Source of the DNA: Rhizomicrobium sp.
GTDB lineage: Bacteria > Pseudomonadota > Alphaproteobacteria > Micropepsales > Micropepsaceae
Length of the DNA: 64,000 nt
Direction: 5' to 3'
Assembly (NCBI GenBank): GCA_025451875.1
Contig: JANWJQ010000046.1
Span: forward strand, 13,218 to 77,217
Numbering within the stretch: position 1 is the first letter of the stretch; each line of letters opens with the position of its first letter. Below, one piece after another: positions 39,599-49,720 of the stretch. Position numbers and translations under genes: made by a program. The notes beneath the pieces were generated by a model. That model did not search any database. It saw only the letters and a list, made by a program, of their open reading frames with translations, and was not told the DNA's origin.

Positions 39599-40202
39599 AT
39601 TGCTCACTTCCGGGAAAGTGTTAAGCCATTAACAGTTTCTTAGGGATGGGGATTTGGGCGTTTCAGGGCTGAAGAACCCTAGAATTTTTCGAAAGAGATT
39701 GATTAGGTTAGACGGGGAATCTCGAAGCTCGATCATCATCGCTGATTTGCTGGCCGCTGCAAACGGCAGGTGGCGTTTAGCGTATAGCCACTGCGACACG
39801 GGCCGATCTTAACCGATCACACAAGATGTGCAGTCACCCGATAATGGCCACGGGTGCTTTTGGCCTCCAAACCCAAAGTTTGAAAAAGATTTTACATATT
39901 GGCGGGAAATCCTGCCGAGCGGGGCTTCGGCGGATTGCATTCGGGCATTCCGCAGGGGGCGGGACGGAATGAAGCCACCTCGATCCGGAAGTCGAGCGTT
40001 TGTCCGACAATGAAGTGCTACGGCAGTTCATCCTGGTTATGGGCGCAGGCTTCGCGAATATCGCGCGCTCTCGCGCCACCACGCCGATCACGCTCTTTGC
40101 CGACCGTAATGCGGGACTGGCCATAGCCATACTTTACAAGCTCGCGATGCCGGACGAAGAGGGCGATGCGTGTTGTAGATGGTGAAGACGCCGCAGCCTG
40201 AA

Positions 40203-41549
40203 CTAGTGCCGGGAATCCGCCACCAGCGCTGCCGCGTCGATCGCATCATGATCTGTCGATGCGGATGCTGACGCGCGGATCTCGATGCGATGCGCCCAGC
40301 CACTCAGGGCGAAGAGCAATGCTCCGGACAGGATCGCGACACCGCCGGCAATGACAAAGAAGGCGGGCACAGAGACAACGCTCCAAAGTGCGCCCATCAA
40401 ACCAGCCGCAAGATTTCCGAAAAATGCGGCCATGAACCATGCCGCGATAGCGGTAGCGGCGAATTCCAGCGGCGCCAGCTTGCCAAATAGGCCAAGCCCG
40501 ACAGGCAGAATGAACAATTCTCCGATGGTGTACACGAAGAAGAAGAGAACGAGCCAGAGCCAGCTTGCCCGCGCATCGCCCGTTGTGTGCGCGATGAGTG
40601 CCAGCAGGAGATAGGACACGCCGACGACGAAGCCACCTATCGCCATCTTGCCGATGCTTCCGGCATCGCGCCCGCGTTTCGACGCCCACGTCCAATAGGC
40701 GACGATCACAGGTGTGAAGAGGAAGATGACGAGCGGATTGAGCGACTGAAACCACGTCATCGGAATTGAGAAGCTGTGCGTCACCTGCCGGTTCACGCCG
40801 CTGTCGGCCCAAAGCGCAACGGTGTTCCCGGATTGCTCGTAAGAAGCGCGGAAAATCACCACGATGGCAATGACGGCGAGAAGCAGCAGATAAACCTCAA
40901 GCTTGGCGCGCGGGCGTGCGATAGTTTCGGGCTCCATGCGTCTTTCTGCTGCGCCATTGTCCTTGGGCAGATAGCGCGAGCCGCCAAGATAGGTAAAGAG
41001 CCCGATCACCATGCCGATGCCGGCAAGCGTGAAACCCCAGTGCCAACCATAAAGCTCGCCGACCGTGCCGCACACGAAGGGTGCTAGGAACGCACCGAGA
41101 TTGATACCGACATAGTAGATATTATAGGCGGTCGCCTTGCGGGGATCGTCAGGCGCGTAAAGCTGGTTGATCTGGCTGGCGAGGCTGGGCAGGAAAAGAC
41201 CATTGCCGATAGCGATCGTAGCCAGTGCAAAATAAAAGGCGCTCGGAAAAGCCATCAGGAAATGCCCCAACGCCATGATCGAACCGCCGATGATCACGGC
41301 GCGGCGCCGTCCCAGCCAGCGGTCAGAGATCACCCCGCCGATCAGCGGCGTAAAATATACGAAAGAAGAATACAGGCCGTAGATATAGGACGAATGCGTC
41401 TGGGTGATCAGCAGCTCTTTCGTCATGTAATAGACGAGCAGCGCGCGCATGCCGAAAAAGGAGAACTGGTCCCACATCTCGGTGAGGAACAGAATCGTCA
41501 AGCCGCGCGGATGACCGAACCAGTCCGTGGATCGCGAATCTTCGTTCAC
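40203..41549 (-). CDS. POT/PTR proton-coupled di/tripeptide transporter (DtpT/MlrD-like)
   Basis: FGHPRGL, TEMWDQFSFFGMR (variant ExxERFxYY), YYVGINLG, WFQSLNP, GELF. Confidence 0.9.
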   Translation of the reverse strand: MNEDSRSTDWFGHPRGLTILFLTEMWDQFSFFGMRALLVYYMTKELLITQTHSSYIYGLYSSFVYFTPLIGGVISDRWLGRRRAVIIGGSIMALGHFLMAFPSAFYFALATIAIGNGLFLPSLASQINQLYAPDDPRKATAYNIYYVGINLGAFLAPFVCGTVGELYGWHWGFTLAGIGMVIGLFTYLGGSRYLPKDNGAAERRMEPETIARPRAKLEVYLLLLAVIAIVVIFRASYEQSGNTVALWADSGVNRQVTHSFSIPMTWFQSLNPLVIFLFTPVIVAYWTWASKRGRDAGSIGKMAIGGFVVGVSYLLLALIAHTTGDARASWLWLVLFFFVYTIGELFILPVGLGLFGKLAPLEFAATAIAAWFMAAFFGNLAAGLMGALWSVVSVPAFFVIAGGVAILSGALLFALSGWAHRIEIRASASASTDHDAIDAAALVADSRH

Positions 41550-42688
41550 GCGTGACTCCGGATCGCCGCGCGCGAGGTGAAACGCAGCGGAGAGAGTTGC
41601 GCGATGGGAATGTCGTCAAAAGCGCCCACGGAATCGCCGCGCAGAAGCGTGGCAGCCAGTTTCGCGGCGGCGGGGGCGGTCTGAATGCCGTAGCCGCCTT
41701 GGCCCGCGAGCCAGAAAAATCCGGGTTGCCCGGAATCGAAGCCGATGACCGGCGACCGGTCCGGCGCAAACGAACGAAGGCCAGCCCAACGTTTGCGAAT
41801 ACGGGGGAAGGTCAATGTTGTAGCCTGTTCCACGCGGTCAATGGCGACAGCGATATCGAATTCTTCCGGCTGCACGTCACATGCCGCGACGGGGGTCTCG
41901 TCGGCGGGCGAGATGAGAAGAAGTCCGGCATCAGGTTTCAAATAGAAGTTCTCATCGATGTCGATCACCATCGGCCATGTATCGGCGGCAAGCCCGGATG
42001 GCAATTCCGCGAGCAGTGCAGTCCGCCGGCAAGGACGAATCCCCAACGGAGCAACGCCGGCCTTCGCCGCGACGGCATCGGCCCATGCGCCCGCCGCATT
42101 GACGATGAGGGGCGCGCGAAATGCGCCGGCGTTCGTCTCTGCGGTCCAGCGTCCGGCATTGTGCGGCAATGACTTCACATCGGCGTTCACAATGAGTCTG
42201 CCGCCCGCATTGCGGAATTGGCGCAGAAACCCTTGATGCAACTCATTCACATCGACATCGGCTGCGTCATCTTCCAGAAGAGCGGCGCTAACGTAATCCG
42301 GGCGGAGAATGGGGCAGGCGCGCAGCGCGTCCTCAGGAGTCAAACGGCGGATTGAACCTGCGAGATCTTTGTTTTGCGCGAAGGTTTCCAGATGCGGCAG
42401 CTGTTCTTCGCGCGCGATGTAGAGCGAGCCGCGCGGCTTGACGAGCGGGTGCGCGGCAAAGCCAGGCGGCGGCGCATAGAAGAAATTGCGGCTGGCGCGT
42501 GACAGCGCCCGCACGACGCTGTTGCCGTAAATCTCCGAGAACAATGCCGCCGAGCGCCCGGTGGAGTGATAGCCGGGATATTCTTCGCGCTCGAGCATGA
42601 CGACACGACAAGATCGAGCGAGTTCCGCTGCGACCGATGCGCCAGCAATGCCGGCGCCAATTACCACGATGTCAAACTCGTCCGTCAT
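41546..42688 (-). CDS. FAD-dependent oxidoreductase, DAO family (D-amino-acid dehydrogenase, DauA-like)
   Basis: GAGIAG, GYHSTGRSAA, NAAGAWA, WAGLRSFAPD, GQGGYGIQTAP. Confidence 0.88.
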   Translation of the reverse strand: MTDEFDIVVIGAGIAGASVAAELARSCRVVMLEREEYPGYHSTGRSAALFSEIYGNSVVRALSRASRNFFYAPPPGFAAHPLVKPRGSLYIAREEQLPHLETFAQNKDLAGSIRRLTPEDALRACPILRPDYVSAALLEDDAADVDVNELHQGFLRQFRNAGGRLIVNADVKSLPHNAGRWTAETNAGAFRAPLIVNAAGAWADAVAAKAGVAPLGIRPCRRTALLAELPSGLAADTWPMVIDIDENFYLKPDAGLLLISPADETPVAACDVQPEEFDIAVAIDRVEQATTLTFPRIRKRWAGLRSFAPDRSPVIGFDSGQPGFFWLAGQGGYGIQTAPAAAKLAATLLRGDSVGAFDDIPIAQLSPLRFTSRAAIRSHA

Positions 42689-42719
42689 GGGGCAGTGGCC
42701 GGCATTATTTCAATATTTT

Positions 42720-42737
42720 GGTATTTAGCTAAATACC
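42720..42737. promoter_or_regulatory. Perfect 18-bp palindrome upstream of DAO gene
   Basis: GGTATTTAGCTAAATACC in AT-rich intergenic region. Confidence 0.55.
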
Positions 42738-42803
42738 GAAAATTGGGAATTTTGACAAGTGCTGCTTTGCGCGGGCCGGTTGTCGTGCCGCCGAAATTAT
42801 CAC

Positions 42804-44132
42804 TCATGACGCCGCCGCGCGGACGTTGCGCGCCGAACGTGACGCCACATAAAACAAGATTGCACAGGCAAGAACTGAAGGCGCGATGATGGTCGTCATC
42901 GCAAGGCCCACGGCGGATGGTGACTTGTAGATGTAGTCGCTGGCCATTGCCACCAATGTCGGACCAAGACCCAATCCCACGATGGTGTTGCAGAAAGCAA
43001 TCGTCGCGGTACCGAGTCCACGACTTTCATGCGGCAGCAGATCGAGTGTCGTGGCGATACCGATCGTTCCCACGATGGATGAGATGAGAATCCAGGCGAA
43101 CACACTCGCCAGCGTCGCCCCGGGCGTCGCGAGCATACCAATGGGCGCGGCGACGAAACCGGCAATGATAACGACGCCGCACAGCTTCACGCGCGAAAGC
43201 GGTCCAAACCGCTTTGCCACCCAATCGGCTATGGCGCCGCCAAGCGGCGTTCCGAGCAGGCCGGCCGCAATGGCAGCGCTGCCCAATCCCGCGCCGATCT
43301 CGCCGGGTGTCAACGCAAAGCGGCGCGCGAGCAATGCGGGTGTCCACGACAGGATCGCGTAATCGACGATTGAGCCAATGGCCATGGCGCCATAGAGCGG
43401 AAGCAGTATCCCGTATTGGCCGCGAAACGCGCGGAACAGATCGGTGAGGGAGAGCAAGCGTGCGCCAATCCCGCGCAAAGAGAATTTCCGGATGCCTGGT
43501 TCGCGTAGCGTGAAAAATACCGGCGCGAGAACCAATCCTCCGATTCCCAGAATGACCAACACGCTGCGCCAGGGCGGAAGTGCGCCAATGAAGGGCACCG
43601 CTGCGAACATGGCGTGTTGCGCCGCGCTCAGCAGAAATCCGCCGATGGCGATGGCGCTGCCGCCCCCGATCACCATGCCGGTAAGAAACACGCCGGTCGG
43701 CGTGGCGCGCACAGCGGGTGGAAAGTAATCGCCGATCAGCGACATGGCGGCGGGTGCGAGCGCGGCTTCGCCCACACCAACCAGCAAGCGGGCGGCAAAG
43801 AGTTCGGCGAAGGAGTGGGAAAGCCCGCACAGGATCGTGCCCAGGCTCCACATCACGACGGCGAAGACGAGCAGCATCCGCCGGGGCACAATGTCGGCGA
43901 CGCGGCCGAGCGGCAGGCCGATAAAGGAATAGAGAACGGCGAAGGCGGCACCCTGCAGGATGCTGAGTTGGGTATCGGAGATATGAAGGTCACCGCGGAT
44001 GGGGTCGACCAGCAGCGCAAGGATTTGCCGGTCCGTATAAGAGAGCACCGCCGCAACCGCGAAGATCGCCACGGCCCACCACCCTCGGCGACGCGGTGGA
44101 TACTCCGAGATGCTGTCGATTGCGGGCTGCAT
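42804..44132 (-). CDS. MFS transporter (Spinster-like)
   Basis: SYTDRQ, GRVADIVPRR, VGVGEAALAP. Confidence 0.9.
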   Translation of the reverse strand: MQPAIDSISEYPPRRRGWWAVAIFAVAAVLSYTDRQILALLVDPIRGDLHISDTQLSILQGAAFAVLYSFIGLPLGRVADIVPRRMLLVFAVVMWSLGTILCGLSHSFAELFAARLLVGVGEAALAPAAMSLIGDYFPPAVRATPTGVFLTGMVIGGGSAIAIGGFLLSAAQHAMFAAVPFIGALPPWRSVLVILGIGGLVLAPVFFTLREPGIRKFSLRGIGARLLSLTDLFRAFRGQYGILLPLYGAMAIGSIVDYAILSWTPALLARRFALTPGEIGAGLGSAAIAAGLLGTPLGGAIADWVAKRFGPLSRVKLCGVVIIAGFVAAPIGMLATPGATLASVFAWILISSIVGTIGIATTLDLLPHESRGLGTATIAFCNTIVGLGLGPTLVAMASDYIYKSPSAVGLAMTTIIAPSVLACAILFYVASRSARNVRAAAS

Positions 44133-44218
44133 CAGGGAGAGGAGATCTTTCCGGCTTGAGCTTTTGATACCGATATTGTTTTATTCTATGGAAATATTTT
44201 TCTCAATCAGAAAATCTG

Positions 44219-45688
44219 ATGGCCATGCGCGTCTTCTCCGCCGGACTGATCACGGAAACCAACACCTTTGCGCCATGGCCCACGGGCGTGCGGGGCTTCT
44301 CGGAAGAGGGGCCGTTTCACGGCGACGTGACCACCCGCGGCAAAGACTCGGAAATGGGTGTGCTCGCATGCGGCTGGCGCGATCTTTGCCGGGAACGGGG
44401 CTACGAATTCGTCGAGAGTCTATTCGCGTCTGCCCAACCTTCGGGCCGCGCCGTGCAAAGCGTCTATGAAACTTATCGCGATGAGATTCTGCGCGACCTT
44501 AAGGCGAAGGGGCCATTCGACATCGTCTTGCTGTTCCTGCACGGCGCCATGGTGTCCCAGGAATGCGACGATTGCGAAGGCGATATTCTCGCGCGTGTTC
44601 GCGAGGCCGTGGGGCCGAAAGTGGCGGTGGGGGCGGAGCTTGATCCGCATTGTCATCTGACGCCGCTGATGGTCGAGAAAGCGAATGCGATCATCCTGAT
44701 GAAGGAATATCCCCATACCGACTACATGGAGCGGGGCAGGGAGCTTTTCGACATTTGCGCGGGTATGGCCGAAGGTAAACTGAAGCCTGTCTCGCACCTG
44801 TTCGATTGCCGGATGGTGGGTTTCTATCCGACCACCACCGAGCCGATGCGCAGCCTTGTCGATAAATGCAGCGCGGCAGAACAGCGCCCAAAGGTGCTGT
44901 CGGTCAGCTTTGCGCATGGTTTTCCCTGGGGCGACACGCCGGAGACTGGTTCGAAGATGCTCGTTATCGCGGATGGCGATGCCGCGTTGGCCGAAGCCGT
45001 CTCGACGGAGATCGGCAAAGAGATTTACGCCGCGCGCGACGCGTTGCTGCCGCGCTTTCCCAGAATCGAGGAAGCGCTTGGGGCGGCACGCGAAACCAAT
45101 GGCTGCGCGGTGCTGGCCGACACGGCGGACAACGCCGGCGGGGGCGCCCCAAGCGACAACGTCGCGCTGTTGCGCGCAATGCTGGAACAGCGTGTTCAGG
45201 ACGCAGTTTTCGGATGTATTTGGGATCCCGTCGGTGTGAAAACATGCGCCGAAGCGGGCGTTGGCGCGACGTTGCCGCTGCGCATCGGCGGCAAATGCGG
45301 GCCAGCGTCCGGTGAGCCGTTTGATGTAGTCGCGACGGTCAAAGCGTTTCGCGTCGATCATGACCAGCAGGGGCTTGGGCCGGCGCGCAGTCACATGGGC
45401 GATTCCGTATGGATTGAAATCAACGGCATCGACGTCGTGCTGAATTCCACGCGCACACAGACGTTCTCGCCGGATGCATTCACCGGTCTTGGCATCGATC
45501 TGAAGAACAAGCGGATGATTGCGGTGAAATCGAGTTGGCATTTCCAGGCGCTGTTTGGACCGATCGCGGACCGCATCATTCCCGTGGCGACGCCGGGCGC
45601 GATCCAGATGGATTTCGCAGCCATCGATTATCGCAGGAAGCGCGATCAGCACTTCTTTCCGCGCGAAAAGAACCCGCTAGGCCTTTAG
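44219..45688 (+). CDS. M81 family metallopeptidase (MlrC-like)
   Basis: ETNTF, LHGAM, ELDPHCH, KEYPHTD, DNAGGG, VKSSWHF. Confidence 0.9.
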   Translation: MAMRVFSAGLITETNTFAPWPTGVRGFSEEGPFHGDVTTRGKDSEMGVLACGWRDLCRERGYEFVESLFASAQPSGRAVQSVYETYRDEILRDLKAKGPFDIVLLFLHGAMVSQECDDCEGDILARVREAVGPKVAVGAELDPHCHLTPLMVEKANAIILMKEYPHTDYMERGRELFDICAGMAEGKLKPVSHLFDCRMVGFYPTTTEPMRSLVDKCSAAEQRPKVLSVSFAHGFPWGDTPETGSKMLVIADGDAALAEAVSTEIGKEIYAARDALLPRFPRIEEALGAARETNGCAVLADTADNAGGGAPSDNVALLRAMLEQRVQDAVFGCIWDPVGVKTCAEAGVGATLPLRIGGKCGPASGEPFDVVATVKAFRVDHDQQGLGPARSHMGDSVWIEINGIDVVLNSTRTQTFSPDAFTGLGIDLKNKRMIAVKSSWHFQALFGPIADRIIPVATPGAIQMDFAAIDYRRKRDQHFFPREKNPLGL

Positions 45689-46383
45689 GATTTCGATTTG
45701 CGCTTACGGCCGGGCGCAGCCTTGCCGCTGCCATTGTCGCGCCGTACCGCTTCCATCAGCTGCGATTCAGGACCGGAGCAGATGGACAGGACGCGGCAGG
45801 GTCCGGAATCGGCCTTGAGGTAAGCGTGCGCCATGCCGCTGTCGAAGTAGAGCGAGTCGCCTTTGTGGAGTGTCAGGGGCGCATACAGCTCGGAGTGAAA
45901 CTCCACGGTGCCTTCCAGGATGTAGGCATATTCTTCGCCGGAGTGGCGGATCATTTCGCCGAATTCTTCCAGCGTTCGCGTATGCAATTCGGCGATTACC
46001 GGGACGAACCGCTTGTTGAGAAAATCCGCCGCGGGATAGAGATGGCCATAATTGTCCGTCTCGATGGCCTGCCCCTGGCCCGCCGGCGTGACGCTGCGCC
46101 GCCCGTTCACCGTCGCGCCGGGCATGCCCACGATCTGTGGCGCAAAGAGCTGCGAGATATCGACGCCCAGACCGGCGCTGATCCGCGCCAGCTTGTCGTA
46201 GCTGAGCGACATCCGGTCGTTTTCAATCTTGGAAAGCGTGGAAACCGGCAGCTCGGTCCGCTTGCTGACTTCCGCCAACGTCCAGCCCTTTTGCATGCGA
46301 AGCGCTTTGAGCGCAGCACCCGGACGCGCCGATGTCCGGCCCGCAATATCCCGATCTGCCAGCTTTAGCCGGTGTTCTGCCAT
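45685..46383 (-). CDS. XRE-family HTH + cupin transcriptional regulator
   Basis: WTLAEVSKRTELPVSTLSKIEND HTH; HSGEE...GDSLYFDSGMAH cupin. Confidence 0.9.
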   Translation of the reverse strand: MAEHRLKLADRDIAGRTSARPGAALKALRMQKGWTLAEVSKRTELPVSTLSKIENDRMSLSYDKLARISAGLGVDISQLFAPQIVGMPGATVNGRRSVTPAGQGQAIETDNYGHLYPAADFLNKRFVPVIAELHTRTLEEFGEMIRHSGEEYAYILEGTVEFHSELYAPLTLHKGDSLYFDSGMAHAYLKADSGPCRVLSICSGPESQLMEAVRRDNGSGKAAPGRKRKSKS

Positions 46384-46516
46384 GGGTGAGTCTCCGTCCG
46401 CCCCAACCTTATTTTCGTTCATGCACGCTGTCGAATTTAGCATATATGAAAATTGTTGCATTATTAGAAAATATGGGCGACGTTTGTCCCGTTGCGCAAG
46501 TTTTAGGGGGACTCGC

Positions 46517-48625
46517 ATGGCTCGTCGCATCACAACGGCATTGTTGGGCACAATTTCACTGCTGGCATTGGCCGCACCGGCTTTCGCCGACAGCGGGTCC
46601 ATCGAGGAAGTAGTCGTCACAGCGAGCAAGCGGAGCACGCCGCTGAAGGACGTGCCAATGGCCGTCACCGTCGTGGGACAGGACGATCTCGACCGGCTGA
46701 ATGCACGCAGCTACGAGGACTTCATCAACAACGTGCCGGGCATGAGCCTCAGCGAGGCATCGCCGACGCATCCGCAACTCATCCTGCGTGGCATCAATGC
46801 CGGCGGCGTCGGCTCAACTGTGGGCACCTATCTTGACGAGACGCCTTACGGTTCGAGCAGCGCGCTGGCCAATGGCGTGAACACCGCGCCCAACCTCGAC
46901 ACATTCGACATCCAGCGCGTGGAAGTGCTGCGCGGCCCGCAGGGCACGCTCTACGGCTCGAGCACGCTGGGTGGCTTGCTGAAATTCGTGACGAACGCAC
47001 CCGATCCTTCCGGTTTCGCGGCGCAAGCCGAGGCTGGCGGCACGAACGTCGATCATGGCGGCTCCGGCGGTTTCGCGCGGGCGATGGTGAACCTTCCGCT
47101 TTCGGATGATCTTGCCGTGCGCCTCGTTGGTTACGATTCTCACGACGCCGGCTGGGTCGATGACCCGGGCAGAGGTGTGAAGAACACCAACGGTGTGACC
47201 AACTACGGTGGCCGCATCGAGGTTCTCTACAAGCCCACCGACAAGTTCTCGGTGCGCCTGAACATGCTCTCTGAGAAGGTCGACGCCGGGAACAACAACG
47301 TCGAAGACATCGTCATTACGGGCAATACCTTCCATCCGCTCGTCGGCAATTACCAGGAGCTGCGCACCACGAACGAGCCGAGCCGCGCGCGGTATATGAT
47401 CTACAACGCGACCATCAACTGGGATTTCGACTGGGCGAACCTTACCTCCGTCACTAGCTACGGCACGCTTCGGGACCAGGTATTCCAGGATGGTACGGGA
47501 ATCCTCGGCGTCGATATTGACGGCAGGCTTGGCGTGAAAAAGTTCACGCAAGAAGTCCGCTTGGCGTCAGAGCCGAACAGCGGTCCGTTCGATTGGCTTG
47601 TTGGCGGTTATTACACGAAAGAAAAGGCGAGCCTGGTGCAGAATCTGGTGGTCGCGCCAGCGACACCTCCATTGGGCTTTCTGGAACTTGACTCGCGTTA
47701 CACCGAATCCGCTGCCTTTGCGGACGCGACATATCATTTCACACCCGCTCTCGACCTGAGTCTGGGTGGCCGCTATTCCGAGAATCGGCAGAGGGCAGAC
47801 GAGACCGGCCTCGGCCTCGCGCAAGGCGCTTCGAAAGGCGATGTATTCACATGGTCCGCAGCGCTGCACTACGCATTGGATGAGCAGACCAGTCTGTATG
47901 CCCGCGTTGCGAAGGGATATCGCCCGGGCGGTCCGAACGCGCTGCCGATCGGCAATCCCGCGGGCGTACCGACGTCCTTCAGCTCGGATTCGCTCATCAA
48001 CTACGAAGCCGGCGTGAAGGGCGATTTCTTCGACGGCAAAGTCTCGTTCGATGCGGACATATTCTACATCGACTGGAGCAACATTCAGCTTCTCACCGTC
48101 ATCAACAACACCGGCGTCAACGGCAATGGTGGCTCGGCGCGCAGCGAAGGCTTCGAGTGGAACGTGGACTGGCGTCCGATCGATAATCTCAGTCTCGACT
48201 GGAACGGTGCTTATACGGACGCCAAGCTGACCGAAGATACGGACCCGATTGTTGGCGGACTATCTGGCGACCCGCTGCCGTGGGCGCCGAAATGGACGAG
48301 CACGCTAAACGCCGACTACCGCTTCGACAATGGCGGCGAATGGACACCTTATGTCGGAGGAAGCTGGCGCTATATCGGCAAGCGAAATTCTGATTTCCAG
48401 GCGGGCGGCCGTCCAATGGGCCTCGCCTCCTACAACCAACTCGACCTGCGCGTCGGTCTCGATTGGCAGCAATGGGAGTTGGAGCTCTACGGCAAGAATC
48501 TGAACAACGCGAAGGGTGTCACGGCTTTCGCTGCGTCCGGTACTTCGGCGGCTTCGGGCAACGCAGCGACAGTCGCGCTGATCATGCCGCGGCTTCTGGG
48601 TGTTGTGCTGAGGGCGAAGTTCTAG
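46517..48625 (+). CDS. TonB-dependent receptor
   Basis: AGGGGG RBS, signal peptide, IEEVVVTASKR, VEVLRGPQGTLYG, terminal F. Confidence 0.95.
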   Translation: MARRITTALLGTISLLALAAPAFADSGSIEEVVVTASKRSTPLKDVPMAVTVVGQDDLDRLNARSYEDFINNVPGMSLSEASPTHPQLILRGINAGGVGSTVGTYLDETPYGSSSALANGVNTAPNLDTFDIQRVEVLRGPQGTLYGSSTLGGLLKFVTNAPDPSGFAAQAEAGGTNVDHGGSGGFARAMVNLPLSDDLAVRLVGYDSHDAGWVDDPGRGVKNTNGVTNYGGRIEVLYKPTDKFSVRLNMLSEKVDAGNNNVEDIVITGNTFHPLVGNYQELRTTNEPSRARYMIYNATINWDFDWANLTSVTSYGTLRDQVFQDGTGILGVDIDGRLGVKKFTQEVRLASEPNSGPFDWLVGGYYTKEKASLVQNLVVAPATPPLGFLELDSRYTESAAFADATYHFTPALDLSLGGRYSENRQRADETGLGLAQGASKGDVFTWSAALHYALDEQTSLYARVAKGYRPGGPNALPIGNPAGVPTSFSSDSLINYEAGVKGDFFDGKVSFDADIFYIDWSNIQLLTVINNTGVNGNGGSARSEGFEWNVDWRPIDNLSLDWNGAYTDAKLTEDTDPIVGGLSGDPLPWAPKWTSTLNADYRFDNGGEWTPYVGGSWRYIGKRNSDFQAGGRPMGLASYNQLDLRVGLDWQQWELELYGKNLNNAKGVTAFAASGTSAASGNAATVALIMPRLLGVVLRAKF

Positions 48626-48631
48626 TCACGG

Positions 48632-48667
48632 GCGGCGCGCTTCCCTTGGGCGCGCCGCTTCTTTTTT
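48632..48667 (+). terminator. Rho-independent terminator/attenuator after TBDR
   Basis: GCGGCGCGC-N9-GCGCGCCGC then TTCTTTTTT. Confidence 0.7.
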
Positions 48668-48680
48668 GTGAGGTCAGAGA

Positions 48681-49694
48681 GTGCTTACGCTGGACGTCAA
48701 GACGGAACGTTGGCCTTTCAAATCGCCGTTACGGATTTCCGGCTACACATTCACTGATGCGAATGTCGTTCTCGTTACGCTCAAGAACGGCGATGCCGTC
48801 GGGCAGGGCGAGGCGGCGGGCGTCTATTATCGCAAAGAAACGCCAATATCGCTGATCGAACAGATCGAATCCGTCCGTCCGCAGATTGAGGCAGGAATTT
48901 CGCGCGAAGCCTTGCGCGAGCTTTTGCCGACCGGTGGCGCGCGCAACGCTCTGGATTGCGCGCTGTGGGATCTTGAAGCCAAACAGTCCGGTGTTCCCGC
49001 CTGGAAGATCGCGCAACTTGAAAAGCCCGCAGCGCTCCGCACGACCTGCACCGTTGGCGCAGATACGCCGGAGAAAATGGCCGCCGCCGCGAAAGCCTAT
49101 GCGCCCGCGCCACGACTGAAGGTCAAACTCACGGGGCAGGATGATGCGCCCCGCATCAAAGCGATACGGGCCGCGCGTCCCGGAGCATGGATCGGCATCG
49201 ACGGCAACCAAGGATTCACGCGCGCAACGCTGGACGCGCTGATGCCCGTTCTGGTGGACACGAATGTCAGCCTGATCGAGCAGCCGATTGCCGTGGGCCA
49301 TGAAGCGGAGCTGGATGGTCTTCGTTCGCCGATTCCCTTGGCGGCCGATGAAAGCGTGCAGGGATTGGACGACATTGCGAAAGCAAAAGGACGTTTCGAT
49401 GTGGTGAACATCAAGCTCGACAAATGCGGCGGGCTTACCGAGGCGCTGTTGATGGCGCGCGCTATCAAGACAGCCGGCATGCGTCCGATGGTTGGGTGCA
49501 TGGAAGGCACCTCGCTGGCGATGATGCCGGGATGTCTGGTGGGCCAGCTCTGCGAGATCGTGGATATGGATGCGGTTCTGTTTCTGGCGAAGGATCGGCA
49601 GCCATCTGTTGCCTATGACGATGGTGAGATTGTTTGCCCGGACAATGGCTGGGGATCGCCACACAATGATGCCGGCCTGCGCGCGGCATCGTAA
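48681..49694 (+). CDS. Dipeptide epimerase (L-Ala-D/L-Glu epimerase / DgcA-like, enolase superfamily)
   Basis: ARNALDCALWDL, KVK, DGNQ, EQP, ADES, NIKLDKCGG, DMD. Confidence 0.9.
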   Translation: MLTLDVKTERWPFKSPLRISGYTFTDANVVLVTLKNGDAVGQGEAAGVYYRKETPISLIEQIESVRPQIEAGISREALRELLPTGGARNALDCALWDLEAKQSGVPAWKIAQLEKPAALRTTCTVGADTPEKMAAAAKAYAPAPRLKVKLTGQDDAPRIKAIRAARPGAWIGIDGNQGFTRATLDALMPVLVDTNVSLIEQPIAVGHEAELDGLRSPIPLAADESVQGLDDIAKAKGRFDVVNIKLDKCGGLTEALLMARAIKTAGMRPMVGCMEGTSLAMMPGCLVGQLCEIVDMDAVLFLAKDRQPSVAYDDGEIVCPDNGWGSPHNDAGLRAAS

Positions 49695-49720
49695 CGAACA
49701 AAGAGGAAGGCGGAAAACTT

